From Elsinoe ampelina (taxonomy: Eukaryota): DNA of 63,967 nucleotides. A model generated the notes under the pieces. The model was not told the origin of the DNA. It searched no databases and was given only the letters and a program-made list of their open reading frames with translations. Where the stretch lies: the NCBI GenBank assembly GCA_010093995.1, contig ML992531.1, positions 1 to 63,967 on the forward strand. The letters are read 5' to 3'. This document shows, piece after piece, positions 1 to 12,046 of the stretch. The translations under genes were made by a program, and so were the position numbers. The stretch's first letter is position 1, and each line of letters starts with the position of its first letter.

Positions 1-42
1 CTCTTTATAGCGCTCTTTATAGCGCTCTTTATAGCGCTCCTT
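1..42 (+). repeat. 12-bp tandem repeat (CTCTTTATAGCG)x3 plus partial copy
   Basis: Read directly at window start. Confidence 0.9.
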
Positions 43-1770
43 ACAGAGGACAAGTAGTAGTAGTAAGAGAGGTAAGGTAAAGGAGGAGTTTTATAATATT
101 AAAGAGATTAATCTTAGATAAGATTATTAAAATTTGCTATAAGCTAGCTATAAGCTACTCCTCCTTTACACTTTTCACCTTGTAAATTTATTATAATCTA
201 GTCTTAGATATTAGCGCATTATTAGTAGAGGATAGTTAAAGCGCTATAAGGTTTAATTACTACCTTTTATAGTCGTATAAAGGTTTAGTTAAGAGCATAG
301 CGACTCGATAATAAGCTCTAACTAGTAAGCGTACTATAGACTAGCTAGTAGCGTAATCTATATAGGTCTATAAGTTCCTTATAAGAGTAAAAGAGTACTC
401 TACCTTAATCCTTATTAACGACATTCTCGTATTAAATTTAGCTTCTTCTAGCCTAAGATTTACACCTAAGAATAGCGCTATTACTCCGTCGGTAAGGAAA
501 TAAGCTAGATCTCCGTATAGGAAGAGTATGTTATTACTGTTAGTTACTTAGTAGTTAATTATATATAGTCGATCTAGTACCTTAGAGTCTTAGAGTTACT
601 ACTAGTTATTTATTACTCTAGTAAAAGGTCTAGTTACTAACGAGATTAGGCTATTAGCTATATAGATACTAGTATACTTTATACTATAAGCCTTCTTATA
701 GCTAGAGTAGTACCTCCTCTAGTTAATTATTAGCCTTTAAAACCCCTTAAAGGTGCTATCGAGGAACCCCTAGAGAAGTCGATCTCTACTAGTAGCTACT
801 ATATAAGCTCTAAAGTACTTAAGCCGCTAGCGGTTAGTTAGTCGAGAATACTAGTTAAGGATTATGCTATACTATGCCTTAAGCTAAAGAATCGTCTCTA
901 TAGCTACGGTAGATAGATATCTAATACACCGGCTAAATATATCGAACTATAAGTACTAGCGGCCTAGATAGGCTAGTTAGTAGAGCGTTATATAGAGCGC
1001 TAACTAAGGTAAAGGCCTTTACCTATTACTCTACTAGATCTTAGCTATACTAAGAAGCTCGATTAGCTCCTTTACCTCTATATAATTAAAGCGCACTAAG
1101 ATCTTAAACTTTATATCTAGCTACTTATTAAGTATCTACGTAAACTAGTAGTATAGATAAGAACTCTAGTATTAATTTTAATAATGCCGGAGGGGTTAAG
1201 GTATATAGATTAGAGCTAGTAGAGGAGGCTAAGGAGGAGAAGTACTTAATTACTTCTCTTACTATATAAGGAGGAGAATTATAAGAGTAGCTATAGCTAT
1301 AATAACACGCTAGTAATTACTTAGCAGTATTATAACACCTTTTTATAGCTTTAATTTAGCTATACTAACAACGTAAAGAGTTGCTTATTAAGCATAAAGG
1401 AGAGCTAAGATATTTCGTTACTCGTATCTATCTCTACTAATTTCGGTAAGCTAAAGGTAACAAGTTAAACTCTAAGCTAATAAACTAAAAGGATTCTACT
1501 ACTAGCTAAAACTGCCTAATAGCTTTTAGATACGTTAACTAGTTCTTAATAGTTTAGGGGGTTAGAGGGCTAGGGAAATTAGGAGGTTAGGGCTAGGAGA
1601 GGTTAAAGTTAGATATAGGAAAGGTTAGCTAATATAAATATATAATAAGTATTTAACTAGTTTATAACAGATATAAATATTTAGGCAGTAATTAACTTGT
1701 TTAAAACAAGTTAAAATAATTGCGTTATGAAACACGTAAAAACGCGATCTAGTCTGAGGTAATTTAAAGT
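1..1770. mobile_element. AT-rich, RIP-like degenerate repeat/transposon relic
   Basis: Very AT-rich; saturated with TpA (tag/cta/taa/tat) and visibly depleted of CpA/TpG; no ORF until ~1625; abrupt switch to balanced composition at ~1770. Element family not recognisable. Confidence 0.75.
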
Positions 1771-2317
1771 TTAGATGAGGTGTTACTTTCGTCTCCACCT
1801 CAGCCGAGTTGTACGCTCGCCGGAATCCATGCAGTCTTGCAGCCTCAAACACAAAATGCGGGGGAAGACCAGTAGCCGATCTTGCCGGAACAACACAACC
1901 ACGGATTTTCATGATGTCTCATCTGAACGTCAGAGGTCACGAACGATGCAGACCATGCCTAGAACAAGTCATGTCTTTCTTAGTCTTGACACTAGCCACA
2001 AGCTTTCTTGCAAAGCTTATAGGGCTGGTCAAACCATATGATCCAGTCGTGCCCACCGGCCCAGCATCAACCAGTCAGGTACTTGGTCCAGACCTGCTCT
2101 TACCTTGCTTCTCTACGCATCCGGGCACTGACTGGTGTCTCATGGCACTCCTGGAAGTATACATGTCATTTGCCCACCGGAGTCGTCAATCGACCAGGCT
2201 ATAAGTACAGGAGCAGGACGTCGGGCAAGTATCATCTCATCCCAGAGTCTCAAGTCTCTCTCGATCTTGATTTCTCCCCTTTGACCTTCTCATCTCATCG
2301 ACATCTCCTCCTCTGAC

Positions 2318-3886
2318 ATGCCTTCAACTACCAAGCGAGCCTTAGTTGGTCTCGTTGCCACAGCGGCATTGGTGAACGCTGGCCCTTGTGACATCTACAA
2401 CTCCGGCGGCACGCCTTGTGTAGCCGCTCACGGTACTACCAGAGCACTGTACAGCGCCTACAGCGGCTCCCTCTACCAAGTTAAGCGTGGATCAGATGGC
2501 GCAACGACCGACATCAAGCCCGTCTCTGCCGGAGGTGTGGCCAACGCTGCTGCCCAAGATTCATTCTGCGCTGGCACCACTTGCTTGATCACCATCATCT
2601 ACGACCAGTCCGGCAAAAACAACCACCTCACACAAGCACCGCCAGGAGGCTTCCAAGGTCCAGACGTCAATGGCTACGACAACCTGGCCAGCGCCATTGG
2701 CGCCCCAGTCACGTTGAACGGACAGAAGGCATATGGTGTCTTTGTGTCACCCGGCACTGGTTACCGCAACAACAAGGTCAGCGGCACGGCCACCGGAGAT
2801 GCCCCAGAAGGTATGTATGCAGTTTTGGATGGCTCTCACTACAACGGAGCTTGCTGCTTCGACTACGGCAATGCTGAGACCAACAACCGTGACAATGGTG
2901 ATGGGACCATGGAGGCCATCTACTACGGCACAAACACCATATGGGGCACTGGATCAGGTAACGGTCCATGGGTCATGGCTGACGTGAGTACTCCTGTCGA
3001 AACCCCTGCTACCACCTGCTGACATGCCGAACAGCTCGAGAACGGTCTCTTCTCAGGATTCAACCCCAAGCAGAACACCGGCGATCCAACCATCACCTCC
3101 CGATTCGTGACTGCGGTGGTCAAGGGCAAGCAGAACCAGTGGGCCATCCGCGGCGGCAACGGTGCCTCCGGCGGCCTATCCACCTACTACAGCGGCGTCC
3201 GCCCCACATCAGGCGGCACAGCGAACAACTACAACCCAATGCGCAAGGAGGGCGCCATCCTCCTCGGCATCGGCGGCGACAACAGCAACGGCGCCCAAGG
3301 CACTTTCTACGAAGGCGTCATGACCAGCGGCTACCCGTCCGACTCGACCGAAGCCTCGGTCCAAGCCGACATCGTCAACGCCAAGTACGCCGTCGCCTCC
3401 CTGAACAGCGGCCCCGGCCTCTCCGTCAACTCCAAGATCTCCCTCCGCGTCACCACCCCCGGCTACGACACTCGCTACCTCACCCACACCGGCGCCACGG
3501 TCAACACCCAAGTCGTCTCCTCCTCCAGCGCGACTGCCCTCAAGCAGCAAGCCAGCTGGACCGTCCGCACGGGTCTGGGCAACAGTGGGTGCTACTCCTT
3601 CGAGTCGGTCGATACACCGGGTAGCTACATCCGCCACAACAACTTTGTGCTCCAGTTGGTTGCCAGCTCGAGTGACAAGCAGTTCAAGGAGGACGCTACT
3701 TTCTGCTCGTTGGCGGCGCTGAATGGGAAGGGCAACTCGATCAGAGCGTGGGGATACCCGACTAGGTTCATACGTCACTACGCCAATACTGGGTATATCG
3801 CTAGTAATGGTGGTGTGCATGATTATGATGCTACGGGGTCGTACAATGATGATGTGAGCTTTAGCATTAGTGCTAGCTTTGCTTAG
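2318..3886 (+). CDS. abfB: Alpha-L-arabinofuranosidase B (GH54 catalytic domain + CBM42), secreted; intron 2984-3034
   Basis: Signal peptide, GPCDIY..GGTPCVAAH, CCFDYGNAE, MEAIYYG; splicing GTGAGT..CTGAC..CAG joins WVMAD|LENGLFSG; C-terminal AbfB/CBM42 repeats. Confidence 0.95.
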
Positions 3887-4876
3887 GCAGGTGGTGCTGA
3901 GAGGGACGTGCTGGCTTGCATGTGGATGGTCTAGCAGGTGCGGTCTGAAAAGTACTGTCAGTAGCGAGCGGCTCAATGAATGATGTTCTTTGTAACTGTC
4001 AGTCCGAAGCATCTGTCAATCTTGTGTAGTCACAGCACTCGCCCATGAGAAGAACAATCCAGGTTTGTCGACATCCAGCTTCTACCTGCTGTATCTTCAT
4101 CCTGGACAGAAGTAGCATGCTTCGTCTCGTTATGGCTCGTCAACGATATGATCTTGATATTGCACCGAGTAAAAGGCGGATCAATACGTCTGAGGCCGTC
4201 TCTCGTGCGAGTAATGAAGGTGCAAGAGGTGAGCTGTTGCGGGCTCAAACAAGACCATTCCCTCTACTGAGATTTTTAGGTTGTCAGTCGCACCTCAGAA
4301 AGGTAAGAATTGTAGAACTGTCAGCATCTGGTAGGAATATTAATGCAAATACTACCAGATATGAATAGCAAATCTGAAAGTCTGCTATTTGTACTTGGAT
4401 ACTAGGTTCTGATAGTAATCATTATACTAGGTCCTACTAGAACTAGCGTTCCTTAGAAACCGAGTTTGTTTCGAGGCGTGACTGACAACCTGGAAATCTC
4501 GGTGACAGCCGCAGAGCCGCAAGCTCTCCGACAAAACGCCGAGACGGACGGCGACCGGGCCCGGGTCAGTGCACCGCCGACGACAAGCACCGACTTCCTC
4601 ATTCAGCTGCGGGGCATGTTGCAAAGAAGGCGTACGGCGTCAGATCTTGGTACGTCCGATATATAGACCGTCATCCGACAGACCACACAAAGGAGATCAC
4701 CGTGCCGTGTAACATCAGAGATGTAAGCAATATGTGCTGTAGGTACAAGTATTCAACACGTCCATCACCAATATCCCCATACTACCAGCCCATACCTCTT
4801 CTACCACATTGTGAAGAATCCATCGCTTACGCCAAGCGCCATCCCCCTTCCACCCCTCTAGACCTGAACAGCCCAT

Positions 4877-5902
4877 ATGGCCACCCTCGGCACCCACCTA
4901 GTCGGCTCCCTCCCCTCCCCTTCCTCCGCCAGGGACGCCTTCCTCACCGCCCTGTCCGCCTTCCCTTCCCGCCTCCTCCGTCTCCCCGACGGCGAACCCG
5001 GCCCCCGCGCCGGCTGGATAGAATGGCAACGCGATGTCTTCCCGACAGACATGCAGAAACAATTCGACGCCTCGTTCAACCCCGTCCCTCTTCCTGACGT
5101 TGCCCCGGACGTCGCGCAGGCAGCAGTGCATGCCCTCCCGCCTCTGGTGCCGGGGTATTTCGACGCGGCGATGGAGAGTTGGGAGGCGTTCAAGGGGTTG
5201 AAGGAGGAGGGGAAGGTGCCGCAGGGGTGGAGGTTTCAGGTCTCCCTCCCTACGCCTGTCGCGGTGGTGAGTTTTCTGAGACCGGCGTATCAGCCGCTCA
5301 TGGAGCCGTTGTACGAACGTGCACTGCTGGCTGAGCTGGAGCGTTTGCAGGATGCGGTCCCGGTTGAGGAGCTGGCTGTGCAGTGGGATTTTGCGGCGGA
5401 GATTGTGACGATTGAAGGGGCGAGGTGGCCGATTTTCGATGCTTGGTTTGAGGATTACGAGAATGAATCCGTGCGAAAGTTGGCGAGGTTGGTGGGGAGT
5501 GTGAGGGAGGAGGTCCAGGTGGGGGTACATTTGTGTTATGGGGATATAGGCAATAAGCACTCTGTTGAGCCGAAGGACACGGGGCTGTTGACCAGGGTGG
5601 CGAATGAGGTTATCAGGCAGGCTGGTAGGAAGGTCGATTGGGTGCATATGCCTGTGCCTATAGGGAGGGAAGATGATGCGTACTTCGAACCGCTGAAAGG
5701 GTTGGAGATTGGGGAGACTGACTTATATTTGGGGCTGGTGCATGGGTTCGATGAGGATGGGACGAAAAGGAGAATCGAAACCGCGAAGAAGGTGGTGGAG
5801 AAGTTTGGGATTGGCACCGAGTGTGGGATGGGAAGGACACCAGGGGAGAAGTTTGGGTCGATTGGGCAAATCAGTACAAAGTTCTCGCAGCCAGTCGTTT
5901 AG
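4877..5902 (+). CDS. UROD/MetE-like (cobalamin-independent methionine synthase catalytic-domain-like) protein, intronless
   Basis: HLVGS, LPDGE, HLCYGD and ECGMGR zinc-ligand motifs. Confidence 0.8.
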   Translation: MATLGTHLVGSLPSPSSARDAFLTALSAFPSRLLRLPDGEPGPRAGWIEWQRDVFPTDMQKQFDASFNPVPLPDVAPDVAQAAVHALPPLVPGYFDAAMESWEAFKGLKEEGKVPQGWRFQVSLPTPVAVVSFLRPAYQPLMEPLYERALLAELERLQDAVPVEELAVQWDFAAEIVTIEGARWPIFDAWFEDYENESVRKLARLVGSVREEVQVGVHLCYGDIGNKHSVEPKDTGLLTRVANEVIRQAGRKVDWVHMPVPIGREDDAYFEPLKGLEIGETDLYLGLVHGFDEDGTKRRIETAKKVVEKFGIGTECGMGRTPGEKFGSIGQISTKFSQPVV

Positions 5903-6021
5903 GAAGCACAGGACCGTTATAGTCGAGGATAAGATGGAATTTTTGATAAAGTCTTCGTCATTCGTTAACATTCCAGTCCAAACTATATACAAGAGAAACG
6001 TTGCCTTCCTACTGCCCATGG

Positions 6022-7722
6022 CTAATATCTGTAGTGGTCCTTACCATCCTGCTTTGGTGGCCCATCAAACTTTGGGCCATAGTAGTCCTGCGAGTAAGCT
6101 GGAGGTGGTGCTCCACTACCGCCAGCGCCTCCTGTGCTGCCATACTCCTGACCATGTGGCGCTCCAAATTGTCCACCACCATGGGCGTAATGACCAGAAC
6201 CTTGACCATTATTGATAGCTTGCTGCTGAGCCGCTTCTGCAGCTTTGAGCTCGCTGTCGGTCCATTGACCGCCGTCTCCGCCACCGACCACAACTTGCTT
6301 GCCATCTTTCATCTTGCCCACGACCATACCTTTGGCGACACTACCCACAACCGCTCGTCGGGAGACGCCGGTGACATCGATATAGACCAGGCCAACGTTC
6401 TTGACTCCGCCAGCAAGACCAGACGCGATGCTACCAGCCTGGTCACCCCAGCGATGTCCAACGACTGTGCTGGCAGCTGCACCGCTTTGAGTGAGCAATG
6501 ATTTGCCAGAATACGCAATGCCGTCCGCAAGTGTGGAGAACGCGATCATGCTCTTGTTGAGAATACCGGGTTTTCCTTGCTCTTCGGGGATGGGATTGCC
6601 TGCCTTGTCATACTTGGGCTGCTTCTCCTTCTTCCGGCTGAGACCAGCGCCAAAATTCTGAGCGTACTTGGATACCTGACCGACAGTTTTGGAAGACATG
6701 CCGGCAGCACCGTGGGTGAAGTTGTTGATCTTACGTACACGCTCGTGCGTCGCGGGTGCAAATTCCATTGGCTTAGCGTTTGGTTTCGTCTTTTGGACAA
6801 AATTGTCAGCACCCGAGCTCATCATGTTGCCCAGGTATGAAGATCCAGTAACAATGAGACGGGACGCTGCAGCGGCGTTCTGAACAAGAGAAGACTTCTG
6901 ATACTGTGGCATACGTGCCAGTTCCAGATAGTCCTCGCTAATAGGGCGGACGTCGACACGCTTGCCATCAGATGAGATCTGGATTTCCACAGGAGCTGAT
7001 GCTTTGTTAGTCAGGGAGTTGAAGAGACTGAAAACACAACGCAGGGGTGACCAACTCTTGGAGCCATGGTGTAGACGAGGATCTTCCACGACTTGTGCTC
7101 CCTCTGCCAATTCCCCGACAACGCTACCATTCTCTTCGTCTACGAGGACGACTTGGCCATGCTTCTTATCGTTGGGATAGCCGCCTTTGTAATCAGCTTT
7201 GAAGTCAGATGGATTGTACTCTTTGAGAGGGCGACCAGGCTTTGGAGGAGCAGCACGCTCGAGAAAGGCGGTGCATTGCGCGAGAATCGTCTCAAATGTA
7301 TCAATGTCTTCTTGGCTGATGCTCCCTGGCCCCTTGCCAACCGGCGGAAACTCGATTCTGGTGAAGGCGCCTGATTCAGGCGATAGGTCCCAGCGAGGGA
7401 TCAGGTAGCTCGTCGGTGGCTGGTGGTAAATCTGTGTGGTTGCGGGCATAGGGAGGTCGAGCTCTGGTGGAAGGTTGAGGTGAAGGTAAAAATCCTGGTC
7501 TGGTGTATGGTTAGTCAATTGCTCCCCAGAGATGGTGCCTATCATACCAGGTGTCTGACCTGGGGTGTGATCGTGTGCGTACTGCGAATTGGTAGGTACC
7601 ATGAGCAGAGACAATGTTTGCGGCCCAGACGGTGTCAAGGATGCCTCGTGGCCATCCTGAATGTGGTAGGCCTTGACCCCACCAACTGAGAATAGCAGGC
7701 GGGGATCGTTGTGGTCGGACAT
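6022..7722 (-). CDS. Senescence/spartin-associated domain protein; probable in-frame intron 6996-7055
   Basis: Long ORF with spartin-like C-terminal region (STLADGI..GK.LL..SG.AASTVVGHRWG) and PPAY motif; GTTGGT..CTAAC..CAG 60-nt intron. Confidence 0.8.
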   Translation of the reverse strand: MSDHNDPRLLFSVGGVKAYHIQDGHEASLTPSGPQTLSLLMVPTNSQYAHDHTPGQTPGMIGTISGEQLTNHTPDQDFYLHLNLPPELDLPMPATTQIYHQPPTSYLIPRWDLSPESGAFTRIEFPPVGKGPGSISQEDIDTFETILAQCTAFLERAAPPKPGRPLKEYNPSDFKADYKGGYPNDKKHGQVVLVDEENGSVVGELAEGAQVVEDPRLHHGSKSWSPLRCVFSLFNSLTNKASAPVEIQISSDGKRVDVRPISEDYLELARMPQYQKSSLVQNAAAASRLIVTGSSYLGNMMSSGADNFVQKTKPNAKPMEFAPATHERVRKINNFTHGAAGMSSKTVGQVSKYAQNFGAGLSRKKEKQPKYDKAGNPIPEEQGKPGILNKSMIAFSTLADGIAYSGKSLLTQSGAAASTVVGHRWGDQAGSIASGLAGGVKNVGLVYIDVTGVSRRAVVGSVAKGMVVGKMKDGKQVVVGGGDGGQWTDSELKAAEAAQQQAINNGQGSGHYAHGGGQFGAPHGQEYGSTGGAGGSGAPPPAYSQDYYGPKFDGPPKQDGKDHYRY

Positions 7723-8897
7723 GTTGGGTGGTCTTGTGGTCGCTCAATTGAGGGACAATTGATCGTGACTGACACGGGCGTCAAACAATTCGAGGTGTCG
7801 CCAATTGGTAGATTGTCCAGACAGATACGGGGCGAAGTGTCTGCAACTGTGGTGGAGCTTTGTCGTTCGTCTACTCGGAAATGCTAGTGCAAAGCAGTGA
7901 AGACGGCTTGGACCGCGAGGCTGAAGAAGAAGCAGAAAAACAAACCGCTGCTGGGGGTATATCTGTAGGATTGCGTAGGTGGATGTTTTGTCCTTAGCTC
8001 TGGCGGTTAATTCCTGGAGCCTGTGACCTGTGACCGCCACAATTCAAGCTTGCCAACGATTCGCCAGGAATGACGAACCTCGTTGTGGCTGAGGCAGCTT
8101 GGCGTCTCTCCAAAAAAGGTTCAAGTCACTTCTGGAACCTCGACAACTGCTGAATGGGTGTGCAAATGCCAATGCTGCGGCCTGCATGCGGCATGGATGT
8201 GGCGAGTGAATGTGAGGTGTATGTCACGCTTCCAGCTCGCTCAACGAGGTGTGGTCGCAAGCTTGAAGGTTGGAGGCGGCAGATCGTGCTGCGGCTCTGC
8301 AACCCACCAGGACCGCAGCGGATTGGCCCGCTTTGGTGAGTGGCGCTGGGAGACCTCGGCCACCACCCTTTCCAGCTTCATGAGGGCAAGACTGAGTGCA
8401 CAAGGTCATAGCACGCATCAGCCAATAGCAATGCATCAGCTCATCGATGATGCTCAGGCGGTTGGATTGCTTGGTTTCTACGGTTTCTCATTGCTACCTA
8501 TGCTCTGTTCGTCAAAAGACCCGCTGCTGTCAAAGAGACGAGAGGTTGCGAGACAACAATGTGAATCCCAGCTTGCTTGTCGGCTTCAGCAGGAACACAG
8601 GGATCAAGGATAAGCAGTGACTGTCTGGGCGGTATCTTTCACATGGGCGAGGTTGCCAGAGTATAAAGATCGCATTTCTCAACTCACTCAGCTAGATACA
8701 TCAACTCCTTACTACAGCATTCACATCACTCGTCTCGCTTTCACTCACAAGAACTCTGCTCACATCCATCAAAGATCTGCGAATGACTATATAGGTCTCC
8801 CAGCGCAGCATCCTCGGTCACTGCCAGACGCGCTCTCACCCTCTCAGTCCACTCCAACCTTCAAGACACCACACACCAGCCACCAAACTAAATCAGG

Positions 8898-9143
8898 ATG
8901 CACTTCTCCAAGATCCTCGTCGGACTTGTTGTCCTACCAGGCCTCGCTCAGGCTGGACCAGCCGCATACGGTGTGTGCCAGGCAGGCTGCGCCGGCATCG
9001 TGATGGCCTGCTATGCCGCAGCCGGATTCACCTGGGGCGCTACCCTGGGTGCAACCGCCCCGGCGTCCATCATTGCCTGCAACACGACCTTCGGTGCTTG
9101 TCAGGCTACCTGCGCTGCGCTCCTGCTCGCTCCCACCCCCTGA
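8898..9143 (+). CDS. Small secreted cysteine-rich protein (81 aa, 6 Cys)
   Basis: Hydrophobic signal peptide ending AQA|GP; CxxxC-x6-C...C-x6-CxxxC pattern; TATA-like GTATAAAG at ~8660. Confidence 0.8.
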   Translation: MHFSKILVGLVVLPGLAQAGPAAYGVCQAGCAGIVMACYAAAGFTWGATLGATAPASIIACNTTFGACQATCAALLLAPTP

Positions 9144-9435
9144 GCGTGGACGCGACACAACACACATCCCCGCCCGCGTTGGAAAGCTGACCACGGGATA
9201 TCAACGGGGTGGAATTATTGGGGACGATGTCGGCTGAGGTGAAGAAGTTGAAGATACTGATACGAGTGTCCAAAACCTCGTTGATCACGCAGATGGAATG
9301 ATTCGAGCTTACTGGAGCAGTCTGAATGAAGCCATGAGCTGCAAGTCGTTCGTCTCATTCTCTGTCGTGTTTCACGTGAATGGTGTGCTGCCCCGAATCC
9401 TATCGGTGATTACCGTGTTGGAGTCCTCTCATCAA

Positions 9436-10552
9436 TCATTCCAATTTGTAGGCTTCCTTTGCTGTCCCAGACCAGACTCTCCTCTGTTGTTCTTCCGAAA
9501 GCTGTCTCTGCTTTATCACAGCTTCCACAACACGCTGCCAGACCGTCCAAGGCTCCTCTCCAGCAGGTCCACGAATGTTGCAAACAGGCCAGTCGCTACC
9601 AAACATGATTCGCTCCGGCCCAAAAGCATCGAAGATGATATCCGTCCATGGCTTGATCCGTGCAGCGAGTTCCTCGGCATCCGTAGTGACGACCTTATCG
9701 TTGCTCAATTCTGAAAAGGCTCCAGACATCTTCATCCAGACCTTCGGGTAGCTTGCAAACTTCTTGATGCATTCAGACCAGACCTTGAAATCTTCTGATT
9801 GACTTGCACTGCTCTCATGGCTCTGTGTCAAGTCAGGCTTGCAAAGATGGTCTGCTGCACTTAGTTCAATGAACCACAGATCAGAGATCGGCGGACTTAC
9901 TCATGACGAATCTCGTTCCTGACTGGCCACCACCATTCACTTGCTCCAATACCTTCGCCCATGTCTCCAGCTGCCACAAGCCGCCACTGTGAGCGTCGAT
10001 GCCCACATCAAATACGAAATCCCTCCCTCCACTCCTGAATGCCACCAGCGTGTCCAGAAAGTCTTGACCGAAGACCAGCTCTTCGAACTCAGCCTTATCG
10101 GTGATGGCTTGAAGCAAGAATCTGAAGCCCTTGACTCTTTCCCACGTCTTCTCACCAGCAGCTTCCTCCGCCAGCTTGAGCCATTGCTCGAACACTTCCG
10201 GTCCTTGATCTAGTGGAGCCCACGCAAAGATCCCCTTGAGAAGCTCAGAATGTGTGTCACTGGATCTGCCTTCCACAATCGATCTCAGGAATCTGATTTC
10301 GTCGAGTGGGTTCTTCGCCCATACGTCTAACGGCTGAGACTTGTCGACTTTGTATTTACGGTCTGTTTCGACGTACACTACTCCTTCTACCTTCACTTGC
10401 GAGTCGTCGTCCTGCTTTGCTGCTTTTCGATAGTCTGACAGGACATGTTGCCTCGCAAGCTGTGTCACTACGCCCATCCATGCATGGCCATCTGCATTTG
10501 CCGCTGATTCGGGCCAGAGGTGGATGTGGCTGTCGATAATTGATTGGGCCAT
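9436..10552 (-). CDS. LRA2: Amidohydrolase_2 family lactonase, L-rhamnono-gamma-lactonase-like; intron 9852-9900
   Basis: IIDSHIHLWP, YVETDR, KGFRFLLQ, spliced M|NHLCKPD, KMSGAFSE, MFGSDWPVC. Confidence 0.8.
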
Positions 10553-10694
10553 GCTTCTCGCAGGGCGCTATGAGTACTTCGTAACGTAACTAGTCTGGAT
10601 TCAATTGACTTGATTCAATTGCCTGGATCCCGATCTGATGTCCAATTTGTTGAGCTTGACTGACTAGGATGTTTGCAGTGCCCCGCATGCACGA

Positions 10695-10718
10695 GCTCGG
10701 TGTAGCTTTACCCCGAGC
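10695..10718. promoter_or_regulatory. Quasi-palindromic CGG-N12-CCG site (candidate Zn2Cys6 binding site) in divergent promoter
   Basis: GCTCGG-T-GTA-GCTT-TAC-C-CCGAGC; flanked by SYGGRG (CreA-type) matches at 10681 (minus) and ~10769. Confidence 0.4.
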
Positions 10719-10950
10719 GATTTTTGTCGGCCTTCAGCCGCCGAAAGTGATACCTTCAAAGCCCGATGGCGGGGCAGTTGTTGGCGTGCTTCAAGGTTTC
10801 TTCGGTCGAGCATCTTTCTCAATTGTACACACTCTCTTCATCTTGCACTAGTATACCACACTGCTGAGCACCATACCTCTTCATTAGTACAATCTTGAAA
10901 GCCTGTCGCTTGTACCCTAACAACGCCGCATCAAGTACAGAAACTCCAAG

Positions 10951-12046
10951 ATGTCCTCGCCACCACCTAATGGCATCTACGTGCCGTAAGTACTGCCATT
11001 GTTTCAGCTCCACATATGAACGATGTCACCGCGCACCAAGCACATACTGATACTCCTGCAGTGTCCCCACCTTCTTCGCCAAAACATCCGCACAAGACTA
11101 CAACCCCACTGCTCCTCCTCTCGATCTCGAGACTCAGACCCAACACTCACTTTTCTTGGTTCGCGGTGGCATTCGAGGTCTTGTCATCCTCGGCTCCACT
11201 GGTGAAGCAATCCACATCACCAATGAGGAGCGCAACAAGCTGATCTCCTCACAACGCAAAGAGCTCGACTCCAATGGCTTCAAGGACCGGCCCATCATCG
11301 CCGGAACCGCAACACAGAACATTGATGAGACTCTTGGTCAGATCAAGGACGCGAAAGACGCAGGAGCTGAATACGCCATGGTGCTTTCGCCTGGATACTT
11401 TGCCTCTGCCGCTAGCCAGGAGGGAATCGCCAAGTGGTTTGAGGCCGTTGCAGACAAGGCTGTCCTGCCAGTCATGCTCTATCATTACCCAGGTGTGACC
11501 AATGGCCTCTACATCTCGCCCGAGACCTTCGAGAGACTGGCAGCGCACAAGAATATTGTTGGGTGCAAGCTGAGCCACGGTGACATCCCTGACCACACTT
11601 TGATCGCTGCAAGCCCGAAGATCGACAATAAGACGTTCGTGGTGTTCTCTGGTCTAGGGCAGAACTTGTTGCCCGTTCTTACCGTTGGGGGCCAAGGTGC
11701 GATCGATGGACTGGCTGGTATCTTCCCAAGGACTGTCGTCCGGCTTTATCAGCTGTTCCATGACAGCAGTGCCAAGGGCACAACGAAGAAGGACATTGAC
11801 GAGATGCGGGATCTGCAGTTCAGAATCTGCCAAGGCGAGAGAATTGTCGCGAAATGGGGTGCTGTGGGTATCAAGGAGAGCATTGCGAGGTTGTGGGGCT
11901 TCGGCGACAAGGAGGGCGCAAGACTGCCGCTTCAGGGCGGTCTTCAAGGTGGTGATGCTGAGTGGGCGAAGTTCAAGGAGGTGCAAGAAGGTCTCAAGAA
12001 GCTCGAGGAAAGCTATGAGAAGGGACAGCCCTTACCGTTGAGATAG
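10951..12046 (+). CDS. DHDPS/NAL-family 2-keto-3-deoxy sugar-acid aldolase; intron 10986-11061
   Basis: Spliced start MSSPPPNGIYVP|VPTFF, GLVILGSTGE, LYHYPGV, IVGCKLSHG Schiff-base Lys. Confidence 0.88.

Noticed and set aside
6996..7055. Odd peptide insertions in ORF translations (also 28656-28703 and 61189-61239)
   Set aside because: These are stop-free introns of 3n length with canonical GT..AG ends.
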